Source: Candidatus Hecatella orcuttiae (GTDB lineage: Archaea; Thermoproteota; Bathyarchaeia; Hecatellales; Hecatellaceae). From it: a stretch of DNA of 64,000 nt. The stretch spans positions 63,342 to 127,341 of the forward strand of contig MTLY02000001.1 of NCBI GenBank assembly GCA_002011035.2, written 5' to 3'. Shown piece by piece: positions 37,234-48,278 of the stretch; position 1 is the stretch's first letter, and each line of letters opens with the position of its first letter. The notes beneath the pieces are model-generated. The model was not told where the DNA came from. It was given only the letters and a program-made list of their open reading frames with translations, and did no database searches. A program made the position numbers and the translations under genes.

Positions 37234-38215
37234 GTTTTAACAACCTCTGAATTTTCTTAAAGAAGATTGGAGCAGATGAACGTCCAGAGAGGGCCCCCAC
37301 AATGCCTTCAGGCATAAATCTGAAGACTACAACGAGCATGATGGCCATGAGAAGTAGGGAGCCTCTCATGAAGAAAGTTTTACCTATCTCTTCGAAGATC
37401 AGGACGAGTACAGCACCCACTATCGGTCCGGCGAAAGTGGAAGCCCCTCCTATAACTGCCATAACGATCACTTTGAATATCCAAGAGAATTCAAAGGCAC
37501 TGTAAGGATCAACAAAGACCTTATATTGAGCAAAAAAACCTCCAGCCAGCCCAGCTAGAAAGGCGTGGATCATGAAGGCTATGGTCCTGTAGAGGGTCGT
37601 GTTTATTCCCATCATTCTCGCTGCATCGTAATTATCGCGAACGGAAACAAAGGCTAAACCCAGCCTAGAATTGATAATTTTGTAAAATACAATAATCGCG
37701 CTGAAGCCCAAGATTAGGGCTCCAAAATAGTCAAAAGCTGGAGGGTAAGGATGCTCTACAAATATACCTGCTCCAGCATTTGTAACAGCGGGAAAACCGA
37801 GGATAAGTGTTCTGGCAATTTCCGCAACCGCCCATGTGCCCAAGGCGAAATACCAACCTCTTATATGCAGAAGAGGATAAGCTACGATCAACGCAAACAA
37901 AGCGGCCATGCAGCCCCCTAACAGAATGTTGAAAGGTATAACGATATCTATGTTATGAAAACTAAGCAGAGCCACCGTATAGCCACCCACGCCGAAGAAG
38001 CCGATGTGGCCGAAGGTGAATTCTCCAGCATATCCGCTGAGTATACTCCAGCTGATAGCCAGGACGATGTAAACCATGAGGAAAATGATGAGGCTTGAGA
38101 TGTATGCGCCTATTAGTCCGACCATGAACATGGCTGTGAGGATTGCGAAGCATATTATGGTCAAAACGTAAACGTTACCGAATCTACCTAGAGGGATGCT
38201 TCTGAACTTAGGCAT
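37220..38215 (-). CDS. livM: HAAT-family ABC permease, LivM-like
   Basis: 331-aa polytopic membrane protein. Overlaps neighbouring genes by 14 nt and 8 nt. Confidence 0.85.
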   Translation of the reverse strand: MPKFRSIPLGRFGNVYVLTIICFAILTAMFMVGLIGAYISSLIIFLMVYIVLAISWSILSGYAGEFTFGHIGFFGVGGYTVALLSFHNIDIVIPFNILLGGCMAALFALIVAYPLLHIRGWYFALGTWAVAEIARTLILGFPAVTNAGAGIFVEHPYPPAFDYFGALILGFSAIIVFYKIINSRLGLAFVSVRDNYDAARMMGINTTLYRTIAFMIHAFLAGLAGGFFAQYKVFVDPYSAFEFSWIFKVIVMAVIGGASTFAGPIVGAVLVLIFEEIGKTFFMRGSLLLMAIMLVVVFRFMPEGIVGALSGRSSAPIFFKKIQRLLKRESS

Positions 38216-39086
38216 AGACTTCCACTTTCCCTAGAATGCCTCTGGGTCTGAGAAGTAAAACTAGGAATAGAATTACGTAGACAACAGTATCCCGGAAAAC
38301 TCCGCCGAACACGTAAATTCCTATATTCTCAAGTAAACCGACAATTATTCCCGCTATAAAGGGGCCGGCGATGCTTCCCATACCTCCGAGAATGAGCACT
38401 ATAAAACCTCTGACTGTGAAAGCTATCCCCAACCCGGGGTTAAGGACATGGGTGAGAATCCAAAGCAACCCTGCCACGGATGCAAGGGCTGTGGAGAGGC
38501 CGAAAGTCAAGTAGGCCGTTTTCTCAAAGTTAACCCCCAGCATCATAGCCGCTTCTCTGTCTTGAGTGCAGGCTCTGATGGCTCTTCCAAGGCCTGTTCG
38601 GCTGAGGGTGAGATGGAGTAGAACAGCTACGGCAACCGCCATCAGCAAAGCCAGAACACGCATGAGATTGACCAGAACGCCCCCTACCATGAAATTTAGT
38701 GCAGTATAACTGGTTTCTATCGACCTGAGGTTAGGAGACCAGACGATGAATTCGGATTGCATGATTACAAGGGCTAGGCCGAAGGTGATGACCATGGAGG
38801 CGGAACTTTGAAGCTCAACTTTTCTGATAGACGGGCCCACAATGAACTTTTGAATAAACATTCCTGCCCCAAGGGTTAGAGGTACGATTATGACGAGAGA
38901 TAAAAGAGGGTCTAGGCCGAAAAGAGTGAACAGCCAAAAACTGATCATCGCTCCGAAAATCATGAGATCCCCATGGGTATAGTTGATGATCCTCATCACA
39001 CCGATTATCTGGCTTAGTCCTATGGCTATCAGCGAATAAATACTACCCTCAAGAATACCACTTATCAAAACTTCAGGAGGTATCAT
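38208..39086 (-). CDS. livH: HAAT-family ABC permease, LivH-like
   Basis: 292-aa polytopic membrane protein. Confidence 0.85.
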   Translation of the reverse strand: MIPPEVLISGILEGSIYSLIAIGLSQIIGVMRIINYTHGDLMIFGAMISFWLFTLFGLDPLLSLVIIVPLTLGAGMFIQKFIVGPSIRKVELQSSASMVITFGLALVIMQSEFIVWSPNLRSIETSYTALNFMVGGVLVNLMRVLALLMAVAVAVLLHLTLSRTGLGRAIRACTQDREAAMMLGVNFEKTAYLTFGLSTALASVAGLLWILTHVLNPGLGIAFTVRGFIVLILGGMGSIAGPFIAGIIVGLLENIGIYVFGGVFRDTVVYVILFLVLLLRPRGILGKVEVYA

Positions 39087-39130
39087 CCTCAGGACACCAA
39101 AAAATAAAAAAAATGGATGGACCGGCTATT

Positions 39131-40510
39131 TCAGCCTTTAGGAGTATACCGCGGTTTAGCATCGGCTATTTCCAGCGGCCAAACGATTTTCGGCCATCCA
39201 TCTTGGTATTGAGCCCACGAGAATCTCATCTTCGTATTAGTACCGTCTTCGGCCAACAGCACATCTCCTACAACCGTGGTGATGGTATGCTTCCTCACGA
39301 AAGATGCAAGTTCATCATCATCCAACGTTCCAGCTGCATTGATGTATCTCGCCGCTGCTTCTAGTTGGACGAAGGTTGTAGTGGCTCCGAAGGCTGAAGG
39401 AAGCGCGCCGAATTCGGCTTTATATCGCTCCCTAAACTTGTCGGCATATCCGCCATGGTATTCCTCAGACCACACAGCATATCCGTAGGTCATGACTCCT
39501 TCGGCTATTTCTGGGGTTACACCGCCCAGCTCAGGGTTTACGAACCATTCAGCATAAGTCCCTGCCTCGTTGGCGTAGAACAGGAGGTCCTTGGTCAGGT
39601 TCATCTCGACTATCAGCTTCTGAACGTCTACACCTGGACCGAACCAGGCTGAATGGTACCAAAGGTCTGGTTTGGCTGCCTTCACTTTTTCCAATAAAGG
39701 CGTGAACTCAGCGATGAACGGGTCGTAGAGCTCAACCAGCACAGGTTCTATTCCTAACCCTCTCCATACGTCAGGCCATTTAGTTGTGTACTCAACTCCA
39801 TAGGGGTTGTTTGCAAAGGTTATCGCTATGGTTTCGGGGTAGGCAGAGCCTTGGTACTCCCATTTATCCCAGTCCGCTATGAATCGGTGGAATCCATCAT
39901 TCCATCCACCGGCTATACCTCCTGTTTCGACTCCCGGATTGAAAAAGTACGTGGGGTCTTCGTCTGGAGGCAACGGTGCGACCACTGTCCAAAGGGCTTT
40001 ACCATGTTTTCTGGCTACAGCATAGGCTGGATGAGCCATGTAGGTGGCGTAGGGTCCTAGGAGAATGTCAACCTTGTCGCTTACTATAAGTCTCTCATAC
40101 AGAGATGTGGCTTTGGGAACCTCCCCCGCATCATCGTAGATCACCAGTTCTACAGGTCTGCCTAAAATTCCCCCATCCTCATTTATGAAGTCCCGTGCCG
40201 CCTCAACGCCTCGGAGGCACAACTCACCGTCCGGTGCAAGAAAACCCGTCAAAGGTAACGTAATACCTGCCTTCACAGGCTCAGGAGTAGGGGTAGGGGT
40301 CGGAGTGGGTGTAGGAGTTGGCGTGGGCGTAGGCGTAGGGGTCGGAGTCGGTGTCGGAGTGGGTGTAGGAGTTGGCGTGGGCGTAGGCGTAGGGGCTGGA
40401 GGTCTTGTGGTTTGCCAGGCGGCGTAGCCGCCCACACCAGCCACCACCACGGCCACAACAGCGGCAATACCGTATTTCAGAGCTTTCCTACGGGGTTCGG
40501 AAGCTGCCAT
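39131..40510 (-). CDS. Liv-type (type 1 periplasmic-binding fold) substrate-binding protein with RR signal/anchor and long Pro-Thr linker
   Basis: 459 aa. N-terminus is [27 protein letters not shown], then PPAP(TP)18, then a LivJ/K-like domain. Confidence 0.8.
   Translation of the reverse strand: MAASEPRRKALKYGIAAVVAVVVAGVGGYAAWQTTRPPAPTPTPTPTPTPTPTPTPTPTPTPTPTPTPTPTPTPTPEPVKAGITLPLTGFLAPDGELCLRGVEAARDFINEDGGILGRPVELVIYDDAGEVPKATSLYERLIVSDKVDILLGPYATYMAHPAYAVARKHGKALWTVVAPLPPDEDPTYFFNPGVETGGIAGGWNDGFHRFIADWDKWEYQGSAYPETIAITFANNPYGVEYTTKWPDVWRGLGIEPVLVELYDPFIAEFTPLLEKVKAAKPDLWYHSAWFGPGVDVQKLIVEMNLTKDLLFYANEAGTYAEWFVNPELGGVTPEIAEGVMTYGYAVWSEEYHGGYADKFRERYKAEFGALPSAFGATTTFVQLEAAARYINAAGTLDDDELASFVRKHTITTVVGDVLLAEDGTNTKMRFSWAQYQDGWPKIVWPLEIADAKPRYTPKG
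40283..40402 (-). repeat. coding (Thr-Pro)n repeat with an internal 54-nt tandem duplication
   Basis: An exact 41-nt copy (cggagtgggtgtaggagttggcgtgggcgtaggcgtagggg) occurs at 40301-40341 and at 40355-40395. Confidence 0.9.
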
Positions 40511-40761
40511 GTTTAAACACCAACTTATCTTTATGTAAGTAACTATTTATAAAACTTTCCAAATAGAAAGATTTTTAATTAATTTTTCAAAAAATAAAAT
40601 TATATACGTGGCTGAGTTTTTTACATTCACGTTAATAAACCCTATTTTTCGAAATACAGTTTCCTATCTGGGTTTTTATTTAATTATTCAAATTTCCCAA
40701 TCTAGTAAAGGAGTAGCTATGCCGAAGATGATGCGAGACAGTCAAGTAAGTTGATGTTACG

Positions 40762-42204
40762 CTACCACCAGCCTTGTTTCTTGTACCATTCCTCTGCTTC
40801 TCGAAGTATTCTGTTAATCTCTTCATCTTGGTCTTTGGGCAGGGGGGTCGGCGTGTGAGTGGAGAGGATTTCTTTAACTCTAGTCTTCGCGTTCTCTAAG
40901 GCTGTCTTTTTTCCTCCCTGAACCCACTCTGGATATGATGTTCTATCTGCCACCTTTGGTATGAACAACTCCTTTTTCCACCATCTCCGCGTATGCTCCC
41001 TGTTAAGATAATGCCCGGGAATCGGTCCGACTTCCTCTATCAAGTTCACGGCTAACGTTTCTTCACTTACGTCCATACCTTCCAAAACACGCTTAACCAT
41101 GCCCATGACATCGTCGTCTAGCACCGCTATCACAGGATGCGCCGTAAGCTCCATGCTACCTCCGCCTAAAGCACATATCACATTAGCCCCGGAGAGGGCT
41201 GCTAAAAAAGTGGAGACAGCTCGCTCATACCCGCACTGGTAGTCTACAGCCTTTCCAGACCAGAAAAAGGCGTTTCCACACGGTATCCTATAGTGACGCC
41301 AGATCTGGTTGAAAGCCATACTGTGAAGGCAGATTTCCACGGCTCCGAAAAAAGGATGACCTCTCTGCATGTCGATGGGAAACGTGAAATCGTAAGGAAT
41401 TACCCCTATCCCCGGCCTGATGAGCTGCGCCAACACCAAAGCCGCCAACAACTCCGCATTGGTCATCACCGTCGCTCCGGCTAACGTCACCGGGCCGGAT
41501 CCCCCGTAGACAGCACCACTCCACAGTTCAACGGGAAACCCAACCTCGACGTAATCAAAAGCAGCCTCGACGGCATCGCTGTAATATGTTAAAGGCGGGG
41601 ACACGGTAACGATGCCGAGAAGCTGCTGGCCGGTGGCTTTCGCCATTTTTATGTTCCAAACCTGACATTTTTTGATTCCCCCCGCATCCATCGCCTTCGT
41701 AGAGTTTCTTATGCGGCTTGCGCACCCCATGGGCAGAGTCATGAGGGGGTGGACTCCCTGAAAGTTGTGGTGGGGGCCATAGCCCAGTATATGCACGTGT
41801 TCCAAGGCGTCGAGAACTTTAACGAAATCATCTTGATCCTGCAGGGTAGGCGTTTTAGGCTCCAAGGTGTCCAAGTCAAGGGTGTTCATTCCGCAGTTGG
41901 ACATCATGTATACGGTTGTGCCACCTATTCTCACCGTGTTCTTCGGGTCTCTCGCCTTGACAGCGAAGCTGCTGGGAGCTTTACGCAGGCATTCTTCAAC
42001 CAAGTAGTCGGGGATTTTCACCAGACGTTTTTGAAAGTCAACATGGCAGCCGCTGTCGGCGAACAGTTTCAAAGCTTTATCGTGCTCAAATCTGACCCCT
42101 GTTTCTTGGAGAATGTCTAAAGTTCCCCTGTGGATTGCCTCCACCTGCTCGTCGCTTAAAATTTCCAGCGGTTTTATGTTGAGGGGAAAACCGTTTAAAA
42201 CCAT
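40762..42204 (-). CDS. MttB-superfamily methyltransferase, non-pyrrolysine type (copy 1)
   Basis: 480-aa uninterrupted ORF with no in-frame TAG. Overall trimethylamine methyltransferase-family sequence, including the C-terminal ..ILSTHTPTPLP.. tail. Confidence 0.85.
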   Translation of the reverse strand: MVLNGFPLNIKPLEILSDEQVEAIHRGTLDILQETGVRFEHDKALKLFADSGCHVDFQKRLVKIPDYLVEECLRKAPSSFAVKARDPKNTVRIGGTTVYMMSNCGMNTLDLDTLEPKTPTLQDQDDFVKVLDALEHVHILGYGPHHNFQGVHPLMTLPMGCASRIRNSTKAMDAGGIKKCQVWNIKMAKATGQQLLGIVTVSPPLTYYSDAVEAAFDYVEVGFPVELWSGAVYGGSGPVTLAGATVMTNAELLAALVLAQLIRPGIGVIPYDFTFPIDMQRGHPFFGAVEICLHSMAFNQIWRHYRIPCGNAFFWSGKAVDYQCGYERAVSTFLAALSGANVICALGGGSMELTAHPVIAVLDDDVMGMVKRVLEGMDVSEETLAVNLIEEVGPIPGHYLNREHTRRWWKKELFIPKVADRTSYPEWVQGGKKTALENAKTRVKEILSTHTPTPLPKDQDEEINRILREAEEWYKKQGWW

Positions 42205-42217
42205 GCTTCCCTGACCC

Positions 42218-42871
42218 CTATTCTATTCCAGCCAGTTTTTTGGCCAGTTCCGCTGCACCAGGCGCTGTGGGGGCATATCCGTCCGCGCCTATGCCCTCAG
42301 CGAACTCTTGGGTCACAGCACCCCCGCCTACCATGACCTTCACCTTATCCCTGAGTCCTTCTCTTCGCAGAGCCTCTAGGACTTTTCCCTGCTCAGGGGT
42401 TGTTATCGTCATAAGACTTGACATAGCCAGAATGTCTGGGTTATACTTTCGAACAGCCTCTAAAAATTTCTCAGCTGGAATGTCGACGCCTAGGTCGATG
42501 ACCTCGAAGCCTGCGGCTGTGATCAGGGTGGACACCATTGTTTTCCCTATGTCGTGAATATCCCCGGCCACAGTTCCGATGACCACGGTGCCTTGAGTTT
42601 TCTGTTTTTTCCCTGCCTTCTTAATTTCCTCCTCGATGATGGGCACAGCGTTTTTCATAGCCTCCGCAGCCATCGACAGATCGATTATGAACAGCTCACC
42701 TCGACCGAAACCTTCACCTACTTTTCTGATGGCTTCGGTTAGCACATCTGCCACTGTGAGGGGGTCTATTTTCTTTTCCATGGCTTTCAAAGTTAAACTT
42801 CTTGCGTCTCCTGCGTTTCCCTCGAAAATCGCTTTCTTTAAGTTTTCTAGGATCTCGGTTTCTGCACTCAA
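42218..42871 (-). CDS. corrinoid (B12-binding) protein, MttC/MtbC-like (copy 1)
   Basis: 217 aa. N-terminal helical cap plus a Rossmann B12 domain with DxHxxG (GDIHDIGKTMV). Confidence 0.9.
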   Translation of the reverse strand: MSAETEILENLKKAIFEGNAGDARSLTLKAMEKKIDPLTVADVLTEAIRKVGEGFGRGELFIIDLSMAAEAMKNAVPIIEEEIKKAGKKQKTQGTVVIGTVAGDIHDIGKTMVSTLITAAGFEVIDLGVDIPAEKFLEAVRKYNPDILAMSSLMTITTPEQGKVLEALRREGLRDKVKVMVGGGAVTQEFAEGIGADGYAPTAPGAAELAKKLAGIE

Positions 42872-43132
42872 CTATTAGGTCACCTTTGCGTTTGACTTCA
42901 TTAAGTGCTAATAAGCTAATTAAAATATAATATTATTTTCCGTCACCGCCTGCAAGAAAAAAAGACTTCTACATTACAGATAAGCCTCCAATGACCGACG
43001 AGAAATAGGACGAATACGAAACAGAAAACATTGAAGGGTGCTTTCCATAAATTTTTAAAAAGTACCGCTTCCCTTGCCTATATTTATCTCTGAGATGGAT
43101 TTTGACGGAAGCCTTTCAGCTGAAGACTTAAG

Positions 43133-43495
43133 TCATCTGAGGAAAAATCTAACCAAGCTGAGGGCTTTTTTGTGGGAGTTGGCTACTATTTCTCCTAGAC
43201 GTTTAAATTTCGTTCCGTCGACGATGGACCCGGATACCTCGTACCTGTGAAAAGTGTAGGCTTCTTGCGGGTCCATTTCTCCCAGCAGTATTTTTGTAAA
43301 ATACTCTGGGTCGGACTTTATGGTTACATCAGGGTTTTCACTCTTCCCGTCGAAGAAGGCGATCTTCCCATCCTTGACCTGAACGAAAAAGCGTTCCCTG
43401 TCCCCTATTTCAAATTGGATGGTGGCGTCCCAAGATTCCATGAAATCTTTTGCTTCCTTGGTTCGATTAGCAAGCCATGTAAGCGCCTTGACCAT
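43133..43495 (-). CDS. SCP2 domain protein (second copy in window)
   Basis: 120-aa stand-alone SCP2-like protein (ATIQFEI..FFVQVKDGKI..GEMDPQEAY). Confidence 0.5.
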   Translation of the reverse strand: MVKALTWLANRTKEAKDFMESWDATIQFEIGDRERFFVQVKDGKIAFFDGKSENPDVTIKSDPEYFTKILLGEMDPQEAYTFHRYEVSGSIVDGTKFKRLGEIVANSHKKALSLVRFFLR

Positions 43496-43699
43496 CAGCT
43501 TGCTTTTAGCCAGTTTCTTTCCCTCGGGTTTCTTTAAAAATAAGTGGTGGGCGTGATATTTACTTTGCTGAAATGCTCCCTTGAACCCTGTGGGTTAGGC
43601 TTAAAATCCTATAAATCCTATAAAGGATTTCATAATCTAAACATGGGCGAGTTAATCTAGGCGAGAGGGAAAGAATAGGAGGAGGCTAGGGTTGGAGAT

Positions 43700-45781
43700 T
43701 TGAAATGCGTCGGGGTGGATGTGGGGGGAACCTTTACAGACCTTATTCTCATGGACGACGAGAAAGGTACCGTCTTCACCCACAAAGTCCCTTCTACCCC
43801 CCGCGACCCTTCCGTGGGAACGCTCAACGGCTTGCTGGAGCTGTGTAAAACGGCTGATGTTCAGCCTTCCGAGATCAGCCTATTCTTCCACGGGACAACC
43901 GAAGCCACAAACATTGTGATAGAGCACCGCGGCGCCAAAACCGGGATGATAACCACCAAGGGCTTCAGGGACATCGTTTACATAGGAAGACAGAAGAGAT
44001 ATCTCACCTACTCCGTCCAGATAGACCCGCCTTGGCAGAAGCACCCCTTAGTTCTGAGGAGATACCGACTTCCTGTGACCGAGAGGATAGGCGCTGACGG
44101 GAAAGTGCTTGTTCCCTTGGATGAAGAAGAAGTAGCAGAAGCCATTAGAAAGCTGAAGAAAGAAAAAGTCGTCTCCATAGCGGTGTGCTTTCTGAACTCT
44201 TACATCAACCCTGTTCACGAGGATAGAGTTCAACGGTTGATAGCGGAAATCTACCCAGAAGCCTACGTTTCACTAAGCCACGGCATCATCAACCAGTACA
44301 GGGAGTATGAGCGGTTTAACACCACCTGCCTCAACGCTTACATCGGCCCTGTTGTTGCCAAGTACATAAAAAACCTCAAACAGGCTCTGCGTTCTAGAGG
44401 TGTGGAGGCGGAACTGCTCCTAATGCAGTCTAGCGGAGGAACCGCTTCCACTGCGTGGGCGGTTGAGAAGCCTGTTACCCTTCTGACCTCCGGACCTGCA
44501 GCCGGGCTCATTGCCGGCACGAAATTCGGCCAGCTAGCCGGCTTCGAAAACATCATCACCTTGGATGTGGGAGGAACATCGGCGGACATCGGCGTTTCAC
44601 CCCGTGGAGTAATGAGGTACAAGTATCTGCTGGACACCAAGATCAGAGGCTACCATGCTATGCTGCCCACTTTGGACGTGGATACCATAGGCGCTGGAGG
44701 CGGCTCCGTCGCCCACGTGGAGCAGGGAGTCTACAAAGTCGGTCCCAGAAGCGCTGGAGCGAAGCCGGGTCCCGCATGTTATGGCCTAGGAGGCGTGGAG
44801 CCCACCGTCACCGACGCTCACATAGTGGCTGGGAGGCTTAACCCCGACTACATGCTTGGAGGAAGAGTGAAGGTCTATCCTCAACGGTCTAAAAAGGTCT
44901 TTGAAGAAAAAGTCTGCCATGTTCTCGGCTTGAAGTTAGAGGAGGCGGTTCTCGGGGCCATCAGGATAGTCAACCACAACATGACCTTAGCCATGGAGAT
45001 GAACAGTATAGGCCGAGGCTACGACCCCCGGGATTTCGCCCTTGTAGCCTTCGGGGGGGCAGGGCCTCTTCATGCCTGTGAAATTGCGCGGGAGCTGGCG
45101 ATTCCCCACATTGTCGTGCCTCCTCTGCCGGGAATAACCTCCGCCATAGGCTTGCTTTTGGCTGACGTTTCCTACGATTATTCCATGACCATAATGCAGG
45201 CTTCCAAAGGCTTAGACCCTGAAAAATTGGAAGAACATTTCACCGAGTTGGAGGAGAAAGCCTATCAGAGGCTGAGGGGCGACGGCTTTGCCGACGATAA
45301 AATCTCCATTCATAGAATTGCGGAATGCCGGTACAGAGGCCAGAGCTACGAGCTTCGAGTCCCCCTCCACACAGCCGGGGCGGCTGAAGAGACGTTGAAA
45401 AACTTGGTTCAGGAATTCCACCGAACTCACCATAGGGAGTACGGCGTAAGCTTCCCTGAAAGAGAAATTGAAATCGTTCACATTCATGTCCTTGGAGTTG
45501 GAAAGACATCTCCCTTCGTTTGGAAAAGGATAGAAAGAGGGACAGAGAAACCGGACAGCGCCCTGAAAGCAGAGAGGAAAGTCCTGTTCGAGGTTGACGG
45601 TGAACCTCAATGGGTGCAAACGCCTTGCTATGAAAGAGGAGACCTTAGGGCTGGAAATGTGGTTAAGGGCCCTGCGATAGTGGAGCAGCCGGACTCCACT
45701 ACGCTGATAGACTTCGGCTACAAGGCGGAGGTGGACGATTACGGAAACCTTATCATTAAGGCGGAGAGTGAAGAACACTGA
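43700..45781 (+). CDS. hydantoinase/oxoprolinase family, A (HyuA-like) subunit
   Basis: 693 aa. N-terminal VGVDVGGTFTD ATPase motif (ASKHA fold) and a second DVGGTSAD motif. Confidence 0.9.
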   Translation: MKCVGVDVGGTFTDLILMDDEKGTVFTHKVPSTPRDPSVGTLNGLLELCKTADVQPSEISLFFHGTTEATNIVIEHRGAKTGMITTKGFRDIVYIGRQKRYLTYSVQIDPPWQKHPLVLRRYRLPVTERIGADGKVLVPLDEEEVAEAIRKLKKEKVVSIAVCFLNSYINPVHEDRVQRLIAEIYPEAYVSLSHGIINQYREYERFNTTCLNAYIGPVVAKYIKNLKQALRSRGVEAELLLMQSSGGTASTAWAVEKPVTLLTSGPAAGLIAGTKFGQLAGFENIITLDVGGTSADIGVSPRGVMRYKYLLDTKIRGYHAMLPTLDVDTIGAGGGSVAHVEQGVYKVGPRSAGAKPGPACYGLGGVEPTVTDAHIVAGRLNPDYMLGGRVKVYPQRSKKVFEEKVCHVLGLKLEEAVLGAIRIVNHNMTLAMEMNSIGRGYDPRDFALVAFGGAGPLHACEIARELAIPHIVVPPLPGITSAIGLLLADVSYDYSMTIMQASKGLDPEKLEEHFTELEEKAYQRLRGDGFADDKISIHRIAECRYRGQSYELRVPLHTAGAAEETLKNLVQEFHRTHHREYGVSFPEREIEIVHIHVLGVGKTSPFVWKRIERGTEKPDSALKAERKVLFEVDGEPQWVQTPCYERGDLRAGNVVKGPAIVEQPDSTTLIDFGYKAEVDDYGNLIIKAESEEH

Positions 45782-45783
45782 CG

Positions 45784-47559
45784 GTGAAAAATCATAGTAA
45801 AATAGACCCTGTTACCCTCAGAGTTTTAGGCGGAGCCTTTGACACCATAGCCAAGGAGATGGCACTCCACCAGTATCGGATGGCCCACTGCACGCTGGTC
45901 ACGGAGTCGGAAGACTTGGGCTGCGGCCTCTTCATGCCTGATGGTAGACAGATAGCGGAGAGCGGAAACTCTCCTCTCCACTGTGGCTCCATCGGAGGCT
46001 ACATTCGAGGGGTCTTGAAGAAGCTGGAGGGAGATATCCAAGAAGGCGATGTGATAGCCCACAACAACCCCTACATGGGGGCATCCCACACCCCGGACGT
46101 GGGCATCATCATCCCCATCTTCCACGAAGACCGCCTGATAGGTTTTGCCGGCAGCACCTCCCACTGGGTGGACATAGGCGGCTCCCAGCCAGGCATCAAC
46201 TTGGACGCCTTGGACATGTGGGCGGAGGGTATCATCTTCAGCGGAGCCAAACTCTACGAGGCGGGAAAAAGAAACGAGCAGCTGTGGGAGTTCATATGGA
46301 ACAATGTCCGCACACCCCACGAGAACCGAGGGGACTGCCTCGCCCAGATAGCCGCTTGCCAGTTCGGGAAACGCCGATTTCTAGAGCTTGTCCGACGCTA
46401 CGGCTACGAGACTGTGATGGCTGCAGCGGAACGGTGGATGGACTACGCGGAGGAAGCCCTCCGCCTCAGAGTCAAAGCGGTTCCTCCGGGGGCTTACTTC
46501 GCCGAAGGATGGTTGGATGATGATGGAAAGAACAGGGGCAAACGCCTCAGGGTAGCGACTAAAGTCATCGTGAGCGAGGACGGAGGTCTCACCGTGGACC
46601 TCACAGGCTCAGCATCCGAGACGGAGACAGGTTTCAACTGCCCCTTCTACGGGGCTACCTGCGTGGGGGTCTACGCTGCTGTCAGGTCCATCTTCTTGGA
46701 CGAGTACACGTTGGAGGAGCCCGTTCCCCAGAACGAGGGAATCTTCCGGGCGGTTCGGGTGGTGGCTCCTTTGGGCTCTATGTTCAATCCCCGCTTCCCT
46801 AAGGGTACCTTCGCCCGGCTGACTCAGATCCAGAGGGTGGCGGACAACATTCTCAAGGCCTTAGCTCCCGTCCTCCCTGAACCTATGAGGAGCGCAGGCA
46901 CCTCCGCCCATATTCACTGGCTTTCCTACTCAGGCTTCCGGCCTGACACGGGGGACTACTGGGTGCACCTGGAGCCGGAGGCAGGCGGCTCTTTCGGAGG
47001 CAGGCATGGGAGGGATGGAAGCGACGCCACGGCTGTTCTTTGCACCAACACCCGAAATGTGCCCATAGAGCACATGGAGAAGATGTTCCCTCTCCGGTGT
47101 GAGCGATACGAACTCCGAGACGAGCCTCCCGCAGCCGGCAGATGGCGGTCGGGGCTGGGGATTGTTAGGGTCAACAGGGTTCTCGCCCCCACCATCGTGT
47201 CCTGCGAGGGAGATAGGCATTTTGATCCCCCTTGGGGCGTCTTAGGCGGAAAGCAAGGCCGCCCGGGCAGTTTAACGAAGATTGGACGTGGAGGGAAGCG
47301 GGAACCTTGGCCTTCCAAGTTCACCGGGTGGAGGCTGGAGGCTGGGGAAGCCTTGGAGATAAAGACTCCCGTTGGGGGAGGCTATGGGGACCCCTACCAG
47401 CGAGACCCTCAAAAAGTGCTGGACGACGTGTTAGACGGCTACATAAGCTTAGAAACAGCCAAATCCGACTACGGAGTGGTTATCAATCCCCAAACTATGC
47501 AGGTGGATACCAAAGCTTCTGAGAAGCTTCGGAAATCTTTCAAATTTAGCAAACAGTAA
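45784..47559 (+). CDS. hydantoinase/oxoprolinase family, B (HyuB-like) subunit
   Basis: 591 aa. N-terminal DPVTLRVLGGAFDTIAKEM is typical of HyuB. GTG start 3 nt after the HyuA stop. Confidence 0.9.
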   Translation: MKNHSKIDPVTLRVLGGAFDTIAKEMALHQYRMAHCTLVTESEDLGCGLFMPDGRQIAESGNSPLHCGSIGGYIRGVLKKLEGDIQEGDVIAHNNPYMGASHTPDVGIIIPIFHEDRLIGFAGSTSHWVDIGGSQPGINLDALDMWAEGIIFSGAKLYEAGKRNEQLWEFIWNNVRTPHENRGDCLAQIAACQFGKRRFLELVRRYGYETVMAAAERWMDYAEEALRLRVKAVPPGAYFAEGWLDDDGKNRGKRLRVATKVIVSEDGGLTVDLTGSASETETGFNCPFYGATCVGVYAAVRSIFLDEYTLEEPVPQNEGIFRAVRVVAPLGSMFNPRFPKGTFARLTQIQRVADNILKALAPVLPEPMRSAGTSAHIHWLSYSGFRPDTGDYWVHLEPEAGGSFGGRHGRDGSDATAVLCTNTRNVPIEHMEKMFPLRCERYELRDEPPAAGRWRSGLGIVRVNRVLAPTIVSCEGDRHFDPPWGVLGGKQGRPGSLTKIGRGGKREPWPSKFTGWRLEAGEALEIKTPVGGGYGDPYQRDPQKVLDDVLDGYISLETAKSDYGVVINPQTMQVDTKASEKLRKSFKFSKQ

Positions 47560-47675
47560 ACATGACCTCCAATCAAAAAGATAAACTACCGCCGATATAT
47601 CACCTGAGTTTATTGGTGGGTTCAGGGTCAAAAAGACAAGAACCCTTATCCAAAAAAAGTAATGTTGAGATGTTC

Positions 47676-48155
47676 TCATCTACGCGGCTTGATTCCCGTT
47701 GCCGATAGGTCTTTTTCAAATGCGGAGTCAGTCACGGCTACCTTTTTACCTGTGCTTTTTGAGTATATTGCTTGGGCGATGATCCCCCAAGGACATGTTA
47801 CGTCTTTAGGCTTCAACAGTTCATGCACTTTTCCGTCACGGTTAAGGGCACATCCTTCAATCTTTAACATATACTCTTCTTCAGACTGTTTCTCTATAAC
47901 GGATTTTTTGACAAGCCCCCGCATCATAAGCCGCTTCGCATAGTTTTCCATGACCTCGTCCACGTTTCGGCCTTCACTCAAAGAGACACCTATTTTTCTG
48001 TGGAGTTTATTTATAGTATCGATCACGGGATCAACAAAGATAGCGTCGCCTGTACGCAGAATGTCTCGAACTGATTTCTGGTAAGCGAAAAGTATAGAAT
48101 GTAAAAGCACAACCGCTTCTTCTAATGCAATTTTTTTGTGCTTTTTTATCCCCAA
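47676..48155 (-). CDS. hypothetical protein (possible V4R-like small-molecule-binding domain)
   Basis: 159-aa ORF. The C-terminal ..IEGCALN..VTCPWGIIAQAIY.. loosely resembles V4R domains. Weak call. Confidence 0.35.
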   Translation of the reverse strand: MGIKKHKKIALEEAVVLLHSILFAYQKSVRDILRTGDAIFVDPVIDTINKLHRKIGVSLSEGRNVDEVMENYAKRLMMRGLVKKSVIEKQSEEEYMLKIEGCALNRDGKVHELLKPKDVTCPWGIIAQAIYSKSTGKKVAVTDSAFEKDLSATGIKPRR

Positions 48156-48278
48156 ATCTTAAACCTCTATACTTAGATAAAAAGTGGCATATATATGTTT
48201 TCTAAAAAAATGATCATACGACGTAAAAAAGGCGGCTGAACATCCAGCCTATAAAGAAAAAGAAAGGCTGTTTTTCGC

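Noticed and set aside
40185-40427. 80-aa plus-strand ORF rich in GVGVGV repeats
   Set aside because: It is the antisense reading of the (Thr-Pro)n linker of the Liv-type binding protein. It has no independent start context and is a repeat artefact.
40762-42204. Pyrrolysine (in-frame TAG) in the MttB homologues (also 61661..63103)
   Set aside because: Both ORFs are continuous over 480 aa with no internal amber codon, so they are non-Pyl members.
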